Positions 1-17,930 are shown, counted from the first letter of the stretch. The stretch is DNA of 64,000 nucleotides from Anaeramoeba ignava BMAN (GCA_028826165.1 JAPDFW010000070.1:1550001-1614000); one strand, 5' to 3'. Numbers and translations are program-made. The notes: generated from the sequence alone by a model not told the origin.

Positions 1-574
1 ATTTTATTTTATAATTTTATTTATAATTTTATTTATAATTTTATTTATAATTTATTAATTTATAATTTTAATATATAATTTTAATTTATAATTTTTAATT
101 TAATTTATAATTTTAATATAATTTTATTTATAATTTAATATATAATTTAATTTATAATTTAATTTATAATTTTAATTTATATAATTTAATATATAATTTT
201 ATATATTTAATTTTATTTATAATTTAATTTATATTTAATTTATAATTTTATTTATATTTTTATATATAATTTAATTTATAATTTTATTTATAATTTAATT
301 TATAATTTAATTTATAATTTTATATATAATTTTATTTAATTTATAATTTAATATATAATTTATTTTTATAATTTTATTTATTTTATAATTTAATTTATAA
401 TTTAATTTATAATTTAATATATAATTTTATATATAATTTAATATATAATTTAATTTATAATTTAATTTAATTTATAATTTAATTTATAATTTAATATATA
501 ATTTAATTTATAATTTAATTTATAATTTTATTTATAATTTAATATATAATTTAATATATAATTTAATTTGTTAG

Positions 575-3159
<2,585 letters not shown>

Positions 3160-3348
3160 ATCAATTTTTTTTTTTTAAAATCATTTCATTTCTTTTCTTT
3201 TTTTAGGAAATTTTTTTACTTTTTTTTTTTTACTTGTTGAATTTTTTTTCATTTTTTTTTCATTTTTCTTTTTTCATTTTTATTCTCTTTTTCTTTAAAA
3301 TTCTTTTCAAAAAAACAATAATAAAAATTAAAAATAAAAAAAAAATAA

Positions 3349-4890
3349 ATGAAATTTTTTCAATTTTGTGAAGATATTTTAGATAAAGAGGTTATTAAAA
3401 AAAAAATTGAATTTAAAAAATTTAATTTCGAAAAATTCAAAAAATTTAAATCAAAAAAAAATTAATTGAATGGAAAAGGTTTTTCATTACTTTTATATTG
3501 TTAATCTGTGTGCTATTGTTCCTCCTGTTATATATTTATTTGTTTTATTGATTAAACTTCCTTTAGCAATTCGTAGATTTAAACAAGCAGGATTAAAAAT
3601 TTTAAGTGAAAATTTTAATTTCCAAAACAAAAATTAACATCAACAAAATGAAAAAAAAAAACTGAATATGAAAATCCCAACTTGAATTAAATGAAATAGT
3701 TTGGTTTTATGTAATGACATGGATTATTGTTTTGTTATTAATACTTCAAGCATTATTTGACCGAATTTTAGTTGTTGAATTGGTTACAAATTCAATGATT
3801 TATTTTTCTCAATTCATGGTTTTAACTTATATGATGTTTGGAATTTTAAAACCGAAAAAAGCATTATTTTCAACTTTAATTACTTCTGCGATTTTTACGA
3901 GCGTGATTACAATTACTCAATTATCTTTCATGGAATTAAATGAGGGTTTTTTTTTCAACTCAAAAAATCAAGATACTGTTCAACATGTTTTTTGGTCAAC
4001 TTTTAATGGTTCGTTTGCTATTATTTATGCTATTTTGATTTTCTTACCTCATTTTAAAAAATTTGAGAAATGGCTTCCTGGTAATTTTTAATCAATTTCT
4101 TTTTTTCTTCTTAAAAAAAAAGTGGAACATATTTTAATTTCAAAAATTTTAATTTTAATTTTAATTTTAATTTTAATTTTAATTTTAATTTTAATTTTAA
4201 TTTTAATTTTAATTTTAATTTTAATTTTAATTTGAATTTTAATTTTAATTTTAATTTTAATTATAATTTTAATTTTAATTTTAGCGAAAGATTTATTTTA
4301 TGCTTTTTTGTTTCTTTTATTTGTAAAAAATGCTTTATTTTCATTTGGACATTTTTCTATTCTTGATTCAAGTTCTGTTGGTTATTGGTAAATTTAAAAT
4401 CAAAATTAAATTCAAAATCAAAATCAAAATCAAAATCAAAATCAAAAATCAAAATCAAAATCAAAATCAAAATAAAAATTAAAATCAAAATCAAAATCAA
4501 AAATCAAAATCAAAATCAAAATCAAAATCAAAATCAAAATCAAAATCAAAATCAAAATAAAAAATAAATTCAAAATTAAATTCAAAATCAAAATCAAAAT
4601 CAAAATCAAAATCAAAATCAAAATCAAAATTAAAATCAAAATTAAAATCAAAATCAAAATCAAAATCAAAATCAAAATCAAAATCAAAATCAAAATCAAA
4701 ATCAAATTTAAATTCAAAATAAAAATTAAATTCAAATAGTTATATTGATATTAGTGTTATAATATTCAATACTTTTTATATTCCTTTTTGGTATTTTACT
4801 TTCCTTCATGGATTTATGATGAGTGATGCAATTCCAGTTTATTATCACAAACTTTTAATCTCAGAATTTGGAAATGAAGAACTTTTTTAA
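3349..4890 (+). CDS. Multi-pass membrane protein, TPRA1/GPR175 (Tmemb_40)-like, about 5 exons
   Basis: GT-AG spliced hydrophobic exons; FW..F.IIY..LIFLP...LPAKDLFY...GYCYIDI..IIF..FYIP.WYFTFL resembles TPRA1/CAND2. First exon and start are tentative. Confidence 0.55.
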
Positions 4891-5101
4891 TTTTTAATTT
4901 TTAATTTGAATTAATTTGAATTAAAAAGAATTTTTCAATTAAAATTCTCAAAATTAAATTTATATTAAAATTTATAATTAAATTAAGAATTAAAAAGTAA
5001 TTTGAAACTTGAATTTTCTTTTTCTTTTTCTTTTTCTTTTTCTTTGTTTTTCTTTTTTTTTTTTCATTTTTTTTCTCATTTTTTTTAATTTGTGATTATC
5101 A

Positions 5102-7778
5102 ATGACAGAAAAAGAAAGCAAAAGTAAAAAAGTTGAAAAAGAAGAATTTAAAGAAGAATATAAACCTTTTACTGATAAAAAATATACAACTCAAGAAAAA
5201 ATATTAGTAAAAAAAAAATTTTTTTAAAAAAGATGATTAATTTTTTTTAATTAATATTTAATAATTTTTTTTAATTAAAGATGATAATTGGATTTATTCT
5301 TTATGGATTTATTCGTTTGGTTATTTGTTTGTTACTTGCAATAATTTATACTCTAGTTTTGAAAATTGGTAAATAAAATCAAAATCAAACTAAATCAAAA
5401 ATATTTTGTTTGATTAATTTTAATTAAAATTATTTTTATTAATTTTATTTTAAAAGCAAGTTTATTTACTGAAATTGAGAAAAAAAGAAAATTCATGAAA
5501 ATTTGGACATCAATCGTTGTTAGAATGATCCTTTTATCACTTGGATTTTGGAGAATTGATTTGATTGGAAAAGATAAAGTATTTAAAATTAAAATTAAGA
5601 TCAAAATTAAGATCAAAATTAAGATCAAAAATTAAGATCAAAATTAAAATTAAAATTTAAAATTTAAAATTAAAAGTTAAGGAAATCAATTGAAGAAAAT
5701 ATTCGAATTTATATTGGAAATCATACTTCTTCAATGGATATTGCTTTATCAATGGTTTTATTTTTACCATCATTTGCAGCAAAAGTAAATCAAAATAATT
5801 CAAAATAAACCAAAATAAACCAAAATAAAACAAAATAATTCAAAATAATTCAAAATAATTCAAAATAAATCAAAATAATTCAAAATAAACCAAAATAAAC
5901 CAAAATAATTCAAAATAATTCAAAATAAACCAAAATAATTCAAAATAAATCAAAATAATTCAAAATAAATCAAAATAATTCAAAATAAATCAAAATAAAT
6001 CAAAATAATCCAAAATAATTCAAAATAATTCAAAATAATTCAAAATAATCCAAAATAATTCAAAATAATTCAAAATAATTCAAAATAATCCAAAATAATT
6101 CAAAATAATTCAAAATAATTCAAAATAATACAAAATAATACAAAATAATACAAAATAAATCAAAATAAATCAAAATAATCCAAAATAATCCAAAATAATT
6201 CAAAATAATTCAAAATAATCCAAAATAATCCAAAATAATTCAAAATAAATCAAAATAAATCAAAATAAATCAAAATAATTCAAAATAATTCAAAATAATC
6301 CAAAATAATTCAAAATAAACCAAAATAAACCAAAATAATCCAAAATAATCCAAAATAAACCAAAATAATTCAAAATAATTCAAAATAATCCAAAATAATC
6401 CAAAATAAATCAAAATAATCCAAAATAAATCAAAATAATTCAAAATAAATCCAAAATAATTCAAAATAATTCAAAATAATTCAAAATAATTCAAAATAAT
6501 TCAAAATAATTCAAAATAATCCAAAATAATCCATAAATCAAAATAATTCAAAATAATTCAAAATAAATCAAAATAATTCAAAATAATTCAAAATCAAAAA
6601 AAAAATAATTCAAAATAATTCAAAATAATTCAAAATAATTCAAAATAATCCAAATCAAAATAATTCAAAATAATTCAAAATAATTCAAAATAATTCAAAA
6701 TAATTCAAAATAATCCAAAATAATCCAAAATAATCCAAAATAATTCAAAATAATTCAAAATAAATCAAAATAATCAAAATAATTCAAAATAATTCAAAAT
6801 AAACCAAAAAATCAAAATAATCAAAATAATTCAAAATAATTCAAAATAAATCAAAATACTTCAAAAATAATTCATAATAATTCAAAATAAATTAACATTT
6901 TTTAAAGAAAAGCGTTCAAAATATGTTTCTTATTGGTTTTTTATCCAAAGTTTTTCAATCAGTTTACATTGATAGAACAAAATCAAATTTTGTTGTAATT
7001 GAAGAAATCAAAAAAAGAGCAAAAGAAACAGAAAAACCACCAATGGCTATTTTTCCAGAAGCAACAACAACAAATGGAGAATATTTGTAATTAATTTTTT
7101 AATTTAAAAAAATAAATCGGAAAAAAATTTTTTATCCGAATTTTTTCTTTTCTTTTTTCTTTTCTTTTTTTTTTTGAATTTAAAGAATTGGATTTAAAAG
7201 AGGAGCTTTTAATCCTGGAACAAAAATTCAACCAATGATTTTTAGGTTTTTTAAATTGAAATTTTTTTAAATTGAAATTGTTTTAAATTGAAATTTTTTT
7301 TAAATTGAAATTTAGATATAAAAAAGGATGGCCTTTTAATTTTATTCAATATGAATGGTCTTTAAGAAATGGAGTTTTTCATTTTCTTGATATGTTTTGC
7401 AATTTATTTACAACTGTAAAAAAATAAAATTTAAAATTATTTTTATGATTAAAATTTAAAATTATTTTTATGATTAAAATTTAAAATTATTTTTATGATT
7501 AAAATTTAAAATTATTTTTATATTATTAGGTTACAGTTGAATTTCTTGATCCTTATGAACCAAATCAAGAGGAAAAAGAAGATTCAAAACTTTTTGCTGA
7601 AAATGTTTTAAAAGTAAAATTTTAATTTTAATTTTTAATTTTTGATTTTTTAATTTTAATTTTAAATTTAAATTTTTTAAATTAGTATATGTCTCAAAAA
7701 TCAGGAATTCCAATAAGTCCAGCTAATTTTAGTCATAAAATTGAATACGCAAAAAAAATAGGAACAAGTTTAAAATAA
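5102..7778 (+). CDS. Lysophospholipid acyltransferase (PlsC/LPCAT-LPEAT family), multi-exon
   Basis: N-terminal TM segment, NHTSSMD (HxxxxD), FAAK, IFPEATTTNG, FKRGAF, VEFLDPYEP in GT-AG exons; stop TAA at 7776-7778. Confidence 0.88.
5785..6900. repeat. Intronic decamer tandem repeat (CAAAATAATT/CAAAATAAAT)n
   Basis: About 1.1 kb of 10-nt units filling one acyltransferase intron. Confidence 0.95.
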
Positions 7779-7969
7779 TCAAAATTAAAATTCAAAATTT
7801 CTTTTTTTCTTTTTTTCTTTTAAAATAATTTCGAAACAGAAAAAAAAAAATAAATCAAAATAAGATTTTAAAGAAAAAAAAAACAAAATATTCAATAAAA
7901 AAAATAAAAAAAAAGAAAAAAAATCAATTTCAAAATTATTTTTGATTTTTTTTTTCGTTTTTTTTGGAA

Positions 7970-10900
7970 TTATTTTTTTCCACTTTTTTTTTCATTCTTT
8001 CTTTGAAGAGTTTTCATTTTTATAGCTTCTTTTTCTTGTCTTTTTGATTCAGCTCTTTTTAAAGTTTCTTCTTTCTTTTTTAATTTTTCTCTTTCTTTTA
8101 ATTCTCTTTTTTGAATAGCTTGTTCTCTTTTTTGTAATTTTTCTCTTTTTCTTCTTTCAAGTCTTTCTTCTTTTGAAATTTTTTTTGGAATATTTTTAGA
8201 ACTTGATTCTTTAATAGGACTTGTTTGAGAATAAAAAGGTTTAACTTTCTCATTTTCATTATCATTTTTTGGATGTAAATTTGATTCTGTATAAAATTTT
8301 TGCATTTTTGCCGTTGGATTTTTTGTGATTAAATTTTTTCCAATTAAATTTTCAGTTAAATTTTTTTCATTTAATTTTTTTTCATTTAAATTTTCAGTTG
8401 AATTTGTTTCATTGTTTTGAATTGAATTTGTTTCATTGTTTTGAATTGAAGGTGAATTTTTTTCAATTAATTTTTCAGTTGAATTTGTTTCATTTAATTT
8501 TTTTTCAGGTGAATTTTTTTCATTGTTTTGAATTGAAGGTAGTTTTTGATCCAACGAAATATCTTCAATTCTAATTGATGTTGTTTTTGACATTGGTTTT
8601 GAAGGTCCAAAATTAGGATTAACAACTCTTTTTTCGACAAAATCCATAAATCGTTGGGCATATTTTCTTGGAGAAACTGAAGAAATAGTATATTTATCAT
8701 ATTTCCAAGATTTCAAACGATGTTCCAATTTTTTTTTCAAATTATAAGGTTGTAAAATATCAATAATTCCGAGATAATAAATTTCATTTAAAGGCATATC
8801 ATTTTCATCACTTCCTCTAAAACCTCCCAAATCAGCTTGAAACATGCATTTATCTCTTTCTCTTGGTGCGTGATTTGCTTCCTTTTCAAGATGTGTTGGA
8901 ATATCAAGTTCAGGTCGCGTTTTAATTCTTGATGTCATTAATTTTAATCTTTTTCCGCTTGTTGTTAGATCTTCGTTTAATTGCCTCATAAATTCTTGAT
9001 TTTCTAAATATCCAATTCGATCAAATGCTGGATCGTAATGAATTCCCAATAATAAACTATAATCCATAATTTTTAGGCTTGATAAAAACTATTTTAATTA
9101 TTAATAATCAAAATTAAAATAAAATTTAAAATTAAAATCAAAATTAAAATAAAATTATTATTATATTTTTCAAATAATCTTTTTACATCAGTATCTTTTT
9201 TTAATTGTGTAATTAAATTTTGTCTTTTTTGTGGTCCAAGTTTAATATGTTCTCCAAAATCTAAATCTTTTAATGTAACTCCTGGTTTCTTTTTTTTGGT
9301 TGAATCTGTTGATCTTCCACAAATTGAACCCTTTTATTAAAATTAAAATTAAAATTTAAAATTAAAATTAAAATTAAAATTAAAATTTAAATTAAAATTT
9401 AAATTAAAATTAAAATTAAAATTAAAATTAAAATTAAAATTGAAATTAAATGAAAATTAATATTAAAATTCATTTTGAAATTAAAATTAATATTAAAATT
9501 AAAATTAAAATTAAAATTAAAATTAAAATTAAAAATTAAAATTAAAATTAAAATTAAAATTAAAATTAAAATTTAAATTAAAATTAAAATTAAAATTAAA
9601 ATTAAAATTAAAATTAAAATTAAAATTAAAATTAAAATTAAAATTAAAATTAAAATTAAAATTAAAATTAAAATTAAAATTAAAATTCATTTTGAAATTA
9701 AAATTAAAATTCATTTTGAAATTAAAAAAATTAAATTAAAATTAAAATTAAATGAAAATTTTACTTTAAGATCATATTTTTCTGTGACTTTTTTTTCTGG
9801 AACAAAAACATTTCCCATAACAATAAAATGTACTTTCTTTCCTTTATATGTTTTAACTCGATGAAGACCAAAAAATCTAGTTAATAAAGTATGTTCATTT
9901 TGAAGAACATGTTCATAATAATAAGGAAGAATTGATTGAAGAAATTTTGCTTCTCCACTTGTTGTAGTTTTAAGAACAAATCTCCCATCATATGAAAAAT
10001 AAAACATACTTCCACTTTTTCCTGGTGTAATTAATTCATTCAAAATATAATCAGCTGTTAAAGAAACCTATTAAAAAATTAATTAAATTTTAATTTGAAT
10101 TTAAATTTGTATTTTAATTTAAATTTGTATTTTAATTTAAATTTGTATTTTAATTTATATTTGTATTTGTATTTGTATTTTAATTTGAATTTTAATTTTA
10201 ATTTTAATTTATATTTGTATTTGTATTTGTATTTGTATTTGTATTTGTATTTGTATTTGAATTTAAATTTTAATTTGTATTTTAATTTGAATTTTAATTT
10301 TAATTTTAATTTAAATTTGTATTTTAATTTGAATTTAAATTTTAATTTAAATTTGTAATATTTAATTTTAAATTTTTAATTTAAATTTGAATTTTAATTT
10401 GTATTTTTAATTTTAATTTGAATTTTAAATTTGAATTTAATTTTAATTTGAATTTAAATTTGTATTTGTATTTGTATTTGTATTTGTATTTGTATTTGTA
10501 TTTGAATTTGAATTTAAATTTGTATTTGTATTTGTATTTTAATTTGTATTTGAATTTGTATTTGAATTTAAATTTAAATTTGAATTTAAATTTGAATTTG
10601 TATTTTAATTTTAATTTAAATTTGAATTTAAATTTGAATTTGTATTTGAATTTGAATTTGAATTTGTATTTGTATTTAAATTTGTATTTGAATTTGTATT
10701 TGTATTTGTATTTTAATTTGTATTTTAATTTTAATTTGTATTTAAATTTTGGAGGATATTCACCATATAATCACCAGCATCAATTCCAAATTTTTCTCTT
10801 AAATGTCTAAAAGCCATTGGTGCATAATCTTTGAATTTAAAATCATATCCTTTATGTGGAGGTGTTGTTGAACTTCCAGCTCTTTAATAAATTAAAATTA

Positions 10901-11940
10901 AAATTAAAATTAAAATTAAAATCAAAATTAAAATTAAAATTAAAATTAAAATTAAAATTAAAATTAAAATTAAAATTAAAATTAAAATTAAAATTAAAAT
11001 TAAAATTAAAATTAAAATTAAAATTAAAATTAAAATTAAAATTAAAATTAAAATTAAAATTAAAATTAAAATTAATATTAAAATTAAAATTAAAATTCAA
11101 TTTAAATTTAAAATTTAAAAATAAAATTAAAATTAAAATTAATATTAAAATTAAAATTAAAATTAAAATTAATATTCTTTTTTTACCGAGGAATTGCTAA
11201 TTTATTTGTAATAGAAAAATCTTTTGAAGTTAAAACAGTTTTTTCAGGAAGTGCAGAAGTTTTTCCAACCTAAAAGAAACAAAAAAAAAGAAACAAAAAA
11301 TGAGAAAAAAAGGAAAAAAAAATTTATAAAGAATTTAAAAACTTACAACAACACGAATACCTAAAAGCATTCCATACATTAAAACATAGCTTTTATCACC
11401 AAATTTAATTTCTTTGCCAACTTTATCATTCACTTAAAAAATTAAATAAAAAATTAAATAAAAAATTTAATTAAAAAATTTAATTAAAAATTTAAATAAA
11501 AATTAAATAAAAATTAAATTAAAAATTAAATTAAAAATTTAAATTAAAAAATTAAATTAAAAAATTAAATTAAAAAATTAAATTGTTTGTTAATTACTTT
11601 TAATACTATATCTTCTCGCTTTAAATTTATTCGCTCTTTTTTTAACAGTTGCTAATAATTCATTTGGATCAAAATGACTTACTCTTTCTTCAATTAAATG
11701 ATCTGGATTTTTTTCATTTTCTTGTTTTTCTGTTAATTGTAAATCATTGTCAAAATGTATTTTACTTTCATTTTTTAAATTAATTATTTCTTTTTTTATT
11801 CCTCCAATTTCTATTTTAATTCCTGTATATTTAAAATCATCAAGTAAATCTTCTTTTTCAAATTGACTTAATTGTTTTTCCCACATTTCTTCTATACTAA
11901 TATCTTCTTCATCTGATAATAAATCATCTACTTCAATCAT
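7970..11940 (-). CDS. PIP5K: Phosphatidylinositol-4-phosphate 5-kinase, 7 exons
   Basis: Spliced exons give [45 protein letters not shown]|[17 protein letters not shown] and GIIDILQPY; all introns GT-AG. Confidence 0.95.
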
Positions 11941-11995
11941 TTTGAAAAAAATGAAAAAAATGAAAAAATGAAAAAATGAAAAAAATGAAAAAAAT
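11941..11995 (-). promoter_or_regulatory. Tandem TCA(T)n initiator-like array upstream of PIP5K ATG
   Basis: About 6 copies of TCATTTTTT on the sense strand directly before the ATG; the same motif precedes most ATGs in the window. Function inferred. Confidence 0.55.
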
Positions 11996-12231
11996 AATTT
12001 TTTTAAATAGATCTAGTTTAAATGTCTTTTGTTTTGTTTTCTCTTTTGTTTCCTTTTTTGTCTTGTTTTCTTTTTTAATTTTTTTTGGGGTTTTTTTAAT
12101 TAAACTAATGAAAAAAAATTTTTTTTTTTAATTATTTTTTTTTCATTTTTTTTTTTTCATTTTTTTCTCTTTCTTTTTTTTAATCAAAAAAATTAAAGTA
12201 AAAAAATAAGTTACAAATAAAAAAAAAATAT

Positions 12232-14871
12232 ATGGATCATACTTTCCAAAAATATCAAAAGGAAGCTCAAAAACTTTTAAATGCAAAAACAAGAGTAAAA
12301 AATAAAAAATAAAAAATAAAAAAAAAAGCAAAAAAAAAAAATGAGAAAAAAATGATTTAAAAAAATATAAATAACAAATTAAAAATAAAACAGCCACATT
12401 TTCCAAAACATCCCCAATTATTAAGAAAGGTTACAAAAGAAATAGGGTCATTAAGCACACAAGCAAATGTTCAAGTTTCAAAATTAGAATCTTTAGTGAA
12501 TGGTTATTGTCAATTGGCAATGGATTGTCTTAATAATTATGAAGGATTAATACTAAAAAAAGAAGATAAAAGAGAAGCAGATCTTATTTTAATAACGAAT
12601 CCAAAACAAATTAAAATCAAAACTGAAAGTTTAAATGAAAATTCAAACGAAAATTCAAAAAAAAATTTAAACGAAAATTCAAAAAAAAATTTAAATGAAA
12701 ATCTAAAAGAAAATTTAAACGAAAATTTAAACGAAAATTCAAATCAAAATTCAAATCAAAATTTAAATGATAATTCAAATGAAAGTCAAAAAGAAAGTAC
12801 TATAACAAATGAAAATTATCTGGACTCAATTTCAGAAAGTACTCGTGAAATTGATAATAAAAATATGGATGAAAATGAAGTGGATGATGATGATTTTATT
12901 GAATTAGATTTTTCAAAAGACACTTTTTCTTTTGATAAAAGTAGAGGAAGGTCAGAAAGATCATCTAAAAAATTAAAAGCAAAAAACAAGTATGAAAAGT
13001 TATTTCAATCACAAATTTCAAAAATTCGAGAAACTCCAGATTTGGATCTTTCTTTACAAAGATATCTTTATGAAGCAGAAGGTGTTAATCAAGAATTGAA
13101 CCAATTTTTGAATATGTATTCTTTATATCAGAGTAATATCACAAAGAAAAAGCTTAAAGCAGAAGGTCCAAAAATAGATACAATCCAAAAATTTCATCAA
13201 GATATTTCGTTAACGGAAATTCAACATATTAATTTAATTTTCGGTTTGAAAATGAGAAAAGTTGCTGAAAGGAAAAAAAAAATTTCAACAAAAAATTTGA
13301 ATAAAAGAGAAGAAAAACTAAATGAGAAAAAACAAATTCTAAATAATGAAACTTTGAAAATGAAAGATGAAGATGTTTCTTGGGATGGTGAAATGTTATC
13401 AGAAAATGTTCCTCGTGAAGAACAAATTCAATCAATTAAAACTCATATCAACAAAATTATTGGGTTTGAATTTTTTTTTCTTCAAAAAAGAAAAAATTAA
13501 TTCTGAAATTATTTCTAAAATTATTTATAAAATTATTTATAAAATTATTTATAAAATTAATTATAAATTTATTTATAAATTTATTTATAAAATTAATTAT
13601 AAAATTAATTATAAATTTAATTATAAAATTATTTATAAAATTATTTATAAAATTATTTCTAAAATTATTTATAAAATTATTTCTAAATTTATTTATAAAA
13701 TTATTTATAAATTTAATTATAAAATTAATTATAAAATTATTATAAAATTATTTATAAATTTATTTATAAAATTATTTAATTATAAAATTAATTATAAAAT
13801 TAATTATAAAATTAATTATAAAATTATAAATTATTTCTAAATTTATTTATAAAATTATTTATAAAATTAATTATAAAATTAATTATAAAATTATTTATAA
13901 AATTATTTATAAAATTATTTATAAATTTATTTATAAAATTATTATAAAATTATTTATAAATTTATTTATAAAATTATTTATAAAATTATTTATAAAATAA
14001 TTTCTAAAATTATTTAGATCAGAAGCACATCCAATTTCTAGAGCTTTGAAGAGATTTAAAATGAGAATTCAAAAAAATTATAATATGGATTTAAAGCAAG
14101 CAAAGAAAGAAATTCGAATATTTTGTGGTATTTTTTAAATCCAAAATTAAATTAAAAATTAAATTAAAAATTAAATTAAAAATTAAATTAAAAATTCAAA
14201 AATTTATTTATAAAATTAAAGAAAACTCAGCCCAATTTTTAAAAGAAAACTTTGCATTTTTTGATGAATCAACAAAAGATGTTAATCGATCAAGAGCTCT
14301 AATTCAAAATCATTTAGTTAAAAGCATTTATGAATTTTTATTCCCACTTTATGTTCAAGAATTCAAAAAACAAAACAAAATCATTGAAAATCAATTGAAA
14401 AAATTAGAAAATCACACACTTGCAGATTTTAAAGTAAGAGAAAGATTCTGGCTTATTCCAGAAAAATCAGATTCAGTAAATGAAAACACAGAAAATCAAG
14501 AACTACAAATTTATCAAGATCCATATATTAAAGCAATTGTGTCATTCCAAACAATTCCAAAACTTTATTCACCAATTAAAAAAATCAAAATAATTCTCAA
14601 AATCAAAGATGAAATTGAAGAAGCAATCACTGAATTTTATAAAGATAAAGAAATTAAACCTGGTTATTGTGATATTACTGCTGATGATAATTTGCAGTTA
14701 TTTCTCTACACTTTTCTTAAAGCAAATATTCCAAGTCCTTATTCTGAAATGCAATTTCTTAATGATTTTATTCCTGAAGAATATCTTCTTGGAGAACTTG
14801 GATTTTGTTTAGCTAATTATCAATCTGCAGTTCAATTTTTCGTTAATAAAGATCAAAATGAAAGAAAATAA
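12232..14871 (+). CDS. VPS9-domain Rab5 GEF, 4 exons
   Basis: ATG 12232; exons join through GT-AG; C-terminal ITADDNLQLFLYTFLKANIP..YSEMQFL...GELGFCLANYQSAV is the VPS9 signature. Confidence 0.85.
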
Positions 14872-15071
14872 TTCAAAAAAAAAAAAAGTGGAACAAAAAA
14901 TTCAAATATTTTTTTTTCTTCATTTGACAGGAAAAACACAAATAAAATTTAACCAAAAATTAATTCATTAATTAATTGATTAATTTTCTTTTTCTAATTT
15001 TTCTTTTATTGATTTGAAATTTTTTTAATTTTAATTTGAAAATTTTAATTTGAATTTTTCTTTTTTAAATT

Positions 15072-15586
15072 TTAAATTGAATTAAAATTGCTATAAACTA
15101 TAATCCAAATTAAAAGAAATAAAGCTGAAGAAGGCATCAAACCAGCAGATGCAAAAGTAAAAGCAGATCCGAAATCTTCAGGATCTAAATGATGTTTTTT
15201 TCTGCAATAAATTTCAAGAAAACCAACGCTAACTAACAAATAACTAAAAAAATTATTTTTTCAATTTAAAAATTAGAATATTTTTTTTTTCATTTCAATT
15301 CTTCGTTTTTTATTTGGTTTTTTTACAGAGCTATTGCAATAAAACCTGTTAAAGGAATTAAACCAAATAAAATTCCAAGAACAAAGCTTATTATAAATCT
15401 TGTCCATAATAAAATTTCTTGAAGATCTTCTTTTTGCCATTCAATTGTATCTTCATTTTTATAAAAATTTCGAAATAATTTTTGAATGTTTTCCCATTTC
15501 TCTTTAAATTGTAAAATAGATTCCTGTTTTATTTCTTGATTTTTTGCTTGTTTTTTTCTTTGTTGTTTTTCTATTTTTTTTTGCAT
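15072..15586 (-). CDS. RAB5IF: Rab5ip family membrane protein (RAB5IF/OPTI, EMC6-related), 2 exons
   Basis: W.KEDL.EIL.W.R.IIS.VLGILFG.IPLTGF, then LDPEDFG......GLMPS.ALFLLIWIIVYS after one intron. Confidence 0.8.
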
Positions 15587-15664
15587 TTTAATTTTTGTTT
15601 TATAAAAAAGAAAAAAATGAAAAAATGAAAAATATTTTTTTTTTCATTTTTTTACTTTTCAAAA

Positions 15665-17390
15665 ATGAATGAAATTATATTTTTTGGTTCAAATCAATAT
15701 CCAAAACTTATCAAAAATAAACCAAATAAAATAAAAAAACCAATTCAATTTAAATTTGAAAATGAAAATGAAAATGAAAATGAAAATGAAAATGAAAATG
15801 AAAAACAAATTAAACAAATTTCAACAGGAAATTTTTCAACAATTTTCCTTTTTAAAAATGGAAAAGCAATAGAATATTCAAATGAAGAAAACGATTCAAA
15901 TCAAAATCCTCAAAAAATCCAAATTGAAAATATTCAAAAAGTAACTGTTGGTTTTCAAAATGAAGCTATTTTAACAATAGAAGGAAATGTATTTGCCAAA
16001 GGAGAAGATATTAATCCAAATAATCCAAATGAATTTATCAATATTTCATCATTAATTGAAGATAAAAATGATAGAATAATTGAAGATATTGTTTCTGGAG
16101 ATAGTTCAATTTACTTATTAACTTCAAATCAAAATGTTTATGGAATTAGTTCAAATGAATATGGTCAACTTTGTTTTGATTCTGAAACACTTAAAGAAAC
16201 AGAAAAACCAATTTTAATGATGAAAAATGTTTCTAAAATATTTTCAGGAAATTCTTCAAATCATATTTTTCTTTTAAATTCAAATCAAGAATTATTTGGA
16301 TGCGGATATAATTATGGTCAACTTGGATTAGGAGAATCAAGAAAAGAAACAAAAATCGAAAAATTAACCAAAATCCAAAATATTCCAAAAGGCAAAATAA
16401 TTGATATTCAATCTGGAAATTATCATTCAAAAAGAAAACTTTATTCATGTGGTTATCAAAATACTTATGAATTTACTGAAATCAAATCATCTTTATTTGA
16501 AAATGATAATAATATTCTTGATTTTTCTGTTGGATTTGAACATACTTTGATTTTAACATCCAATTCAAAATTAATAGGATTTGGAAATAATGGTTATGGT
16601 CAATTAGGAACTGGAGATACAAAATATCATTTAATTCCAATTCAAATTGAACTTCCTAAATTAAGATTTAATGAAGATATTTCCAATTATCATATTTCTT
16701 GTGGAGAATTCAGATCATTTCTTTATTATTCTCCTTTTTCTTTTTCTAATCTTGAAGAAGATTTGATAAAATTATTTGAAAGAAAAGAATTTTGTGATAT
16801 TTCATTTAAAACAGAAAATGGAGAAATAATCAAAGCTCATAAATTAATATTGAAATATAGATTAAATCAAAATCAAAATGAAATCGAAAAACTTCAAGAA
16901 ATTATTTCAAAAATCAATTAAAGAATCAAATCAAATATTTGAAATGATTTATTCAAACAGAATAATAAATCCAATATTACATTCTGAAATTAAAGAAATT
17001 ATAAATTCAAATGAAAAAATTGAAGAAACAATGAAAAGAATTTATTTAAATGAAAATGAAAATGAAAATGAAAAAGATTTTATAATTGAAAGAAAAGAAA
17101 AACAATATAAATTTCCTAAATTAATATTAATAATGAGAAGTGAATTATATCGAGGAATGTTTTTATCTGTAACTGAAGATAAATCAAATAAAGTTACAGA
17201 TTATAGTGAATTAAGTAATAAATCATTTCAAATATTTGAATATTGGATTTATTCAAATCAAATTAAAGATGAAATTCAAATTACACAAGAAATAATTAAT
17301 GAAATTCAAATTGGAATTGATTATTTTCAATTAAATCAAACAAATCCAAATTTATTTGATTTATTAATTAACAAATTTAATCAAAATTAA
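15665..17390 (+). CDS. RCC1-repeat + BTB domain protein, copy 1 (one apparent frameshift near 16915)
   Basis: RCC1 blades (G.N.YGQLG, G..HTLIL) followed by FCDISF...IKAHKLIL BTB and a second degenerate BTB (SELYRGMF); ORFs 15665-16921 and 16878-17390. Confidence 0.85.
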
Positions 17391-17930
17391 AATTAAAATT
17401 AAAATCAAAATTAAAATTAAAATTAAAATTAAAATTAAAATCAAAATTAAAATTAAAATTAAAATTAAAATTAAAATTAAAATTAAAATTAAAATTAAAA
17501 TTAAAATTAAAATTAAAATTAAAATTAAAAATTAAAATTAAAATCAAAATTAAAATTAAAATTAAAATTAAAATTAAAATCAAATTAAAATTAAAATCAA
17601 AATTAAAATTAAAATTAAAAATTAAAATCAAAATTAAAATCAAAATTAAAATTAAAATTAAAATTAAAATTAAAATTAAAATTAAAATTAAAATTAAAAT
17701 TAAAATTAAAATTAAAATTAAAATTAAAATTAAAATCAAAATTAAAATTAAAATTAAAATTAAAATTAAAATCAAAATTAAAATCAAATTAAAATTAAAA
17801 TTAAAATTAAAATTAAAATTAAAATCAAAATTAAAATTAAAAATTAAAATCAAAATTAAATTTAAAATTAAAATTAGAATCAAAATTAAAATTCAAAATT
17901 AAAATTAAAATTAAAATCAAAATTAAAAAT
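17391..17930. repeat. Intergenic (AAAATT/AAAATC)n hexamer tract
   Basis: Visible tandem repeat; similar spacers at 19665-19850, 23425-23630 and 25376-25590. Confidence 0.9.

Noticed and set aside
5785-6900. Regular repeat arrays as CRISPR or telomeric repeats
   Set aside because: No unique spacers, no cas genes, no G-rich telomere unit; the arrays lie within GT-AG introns.
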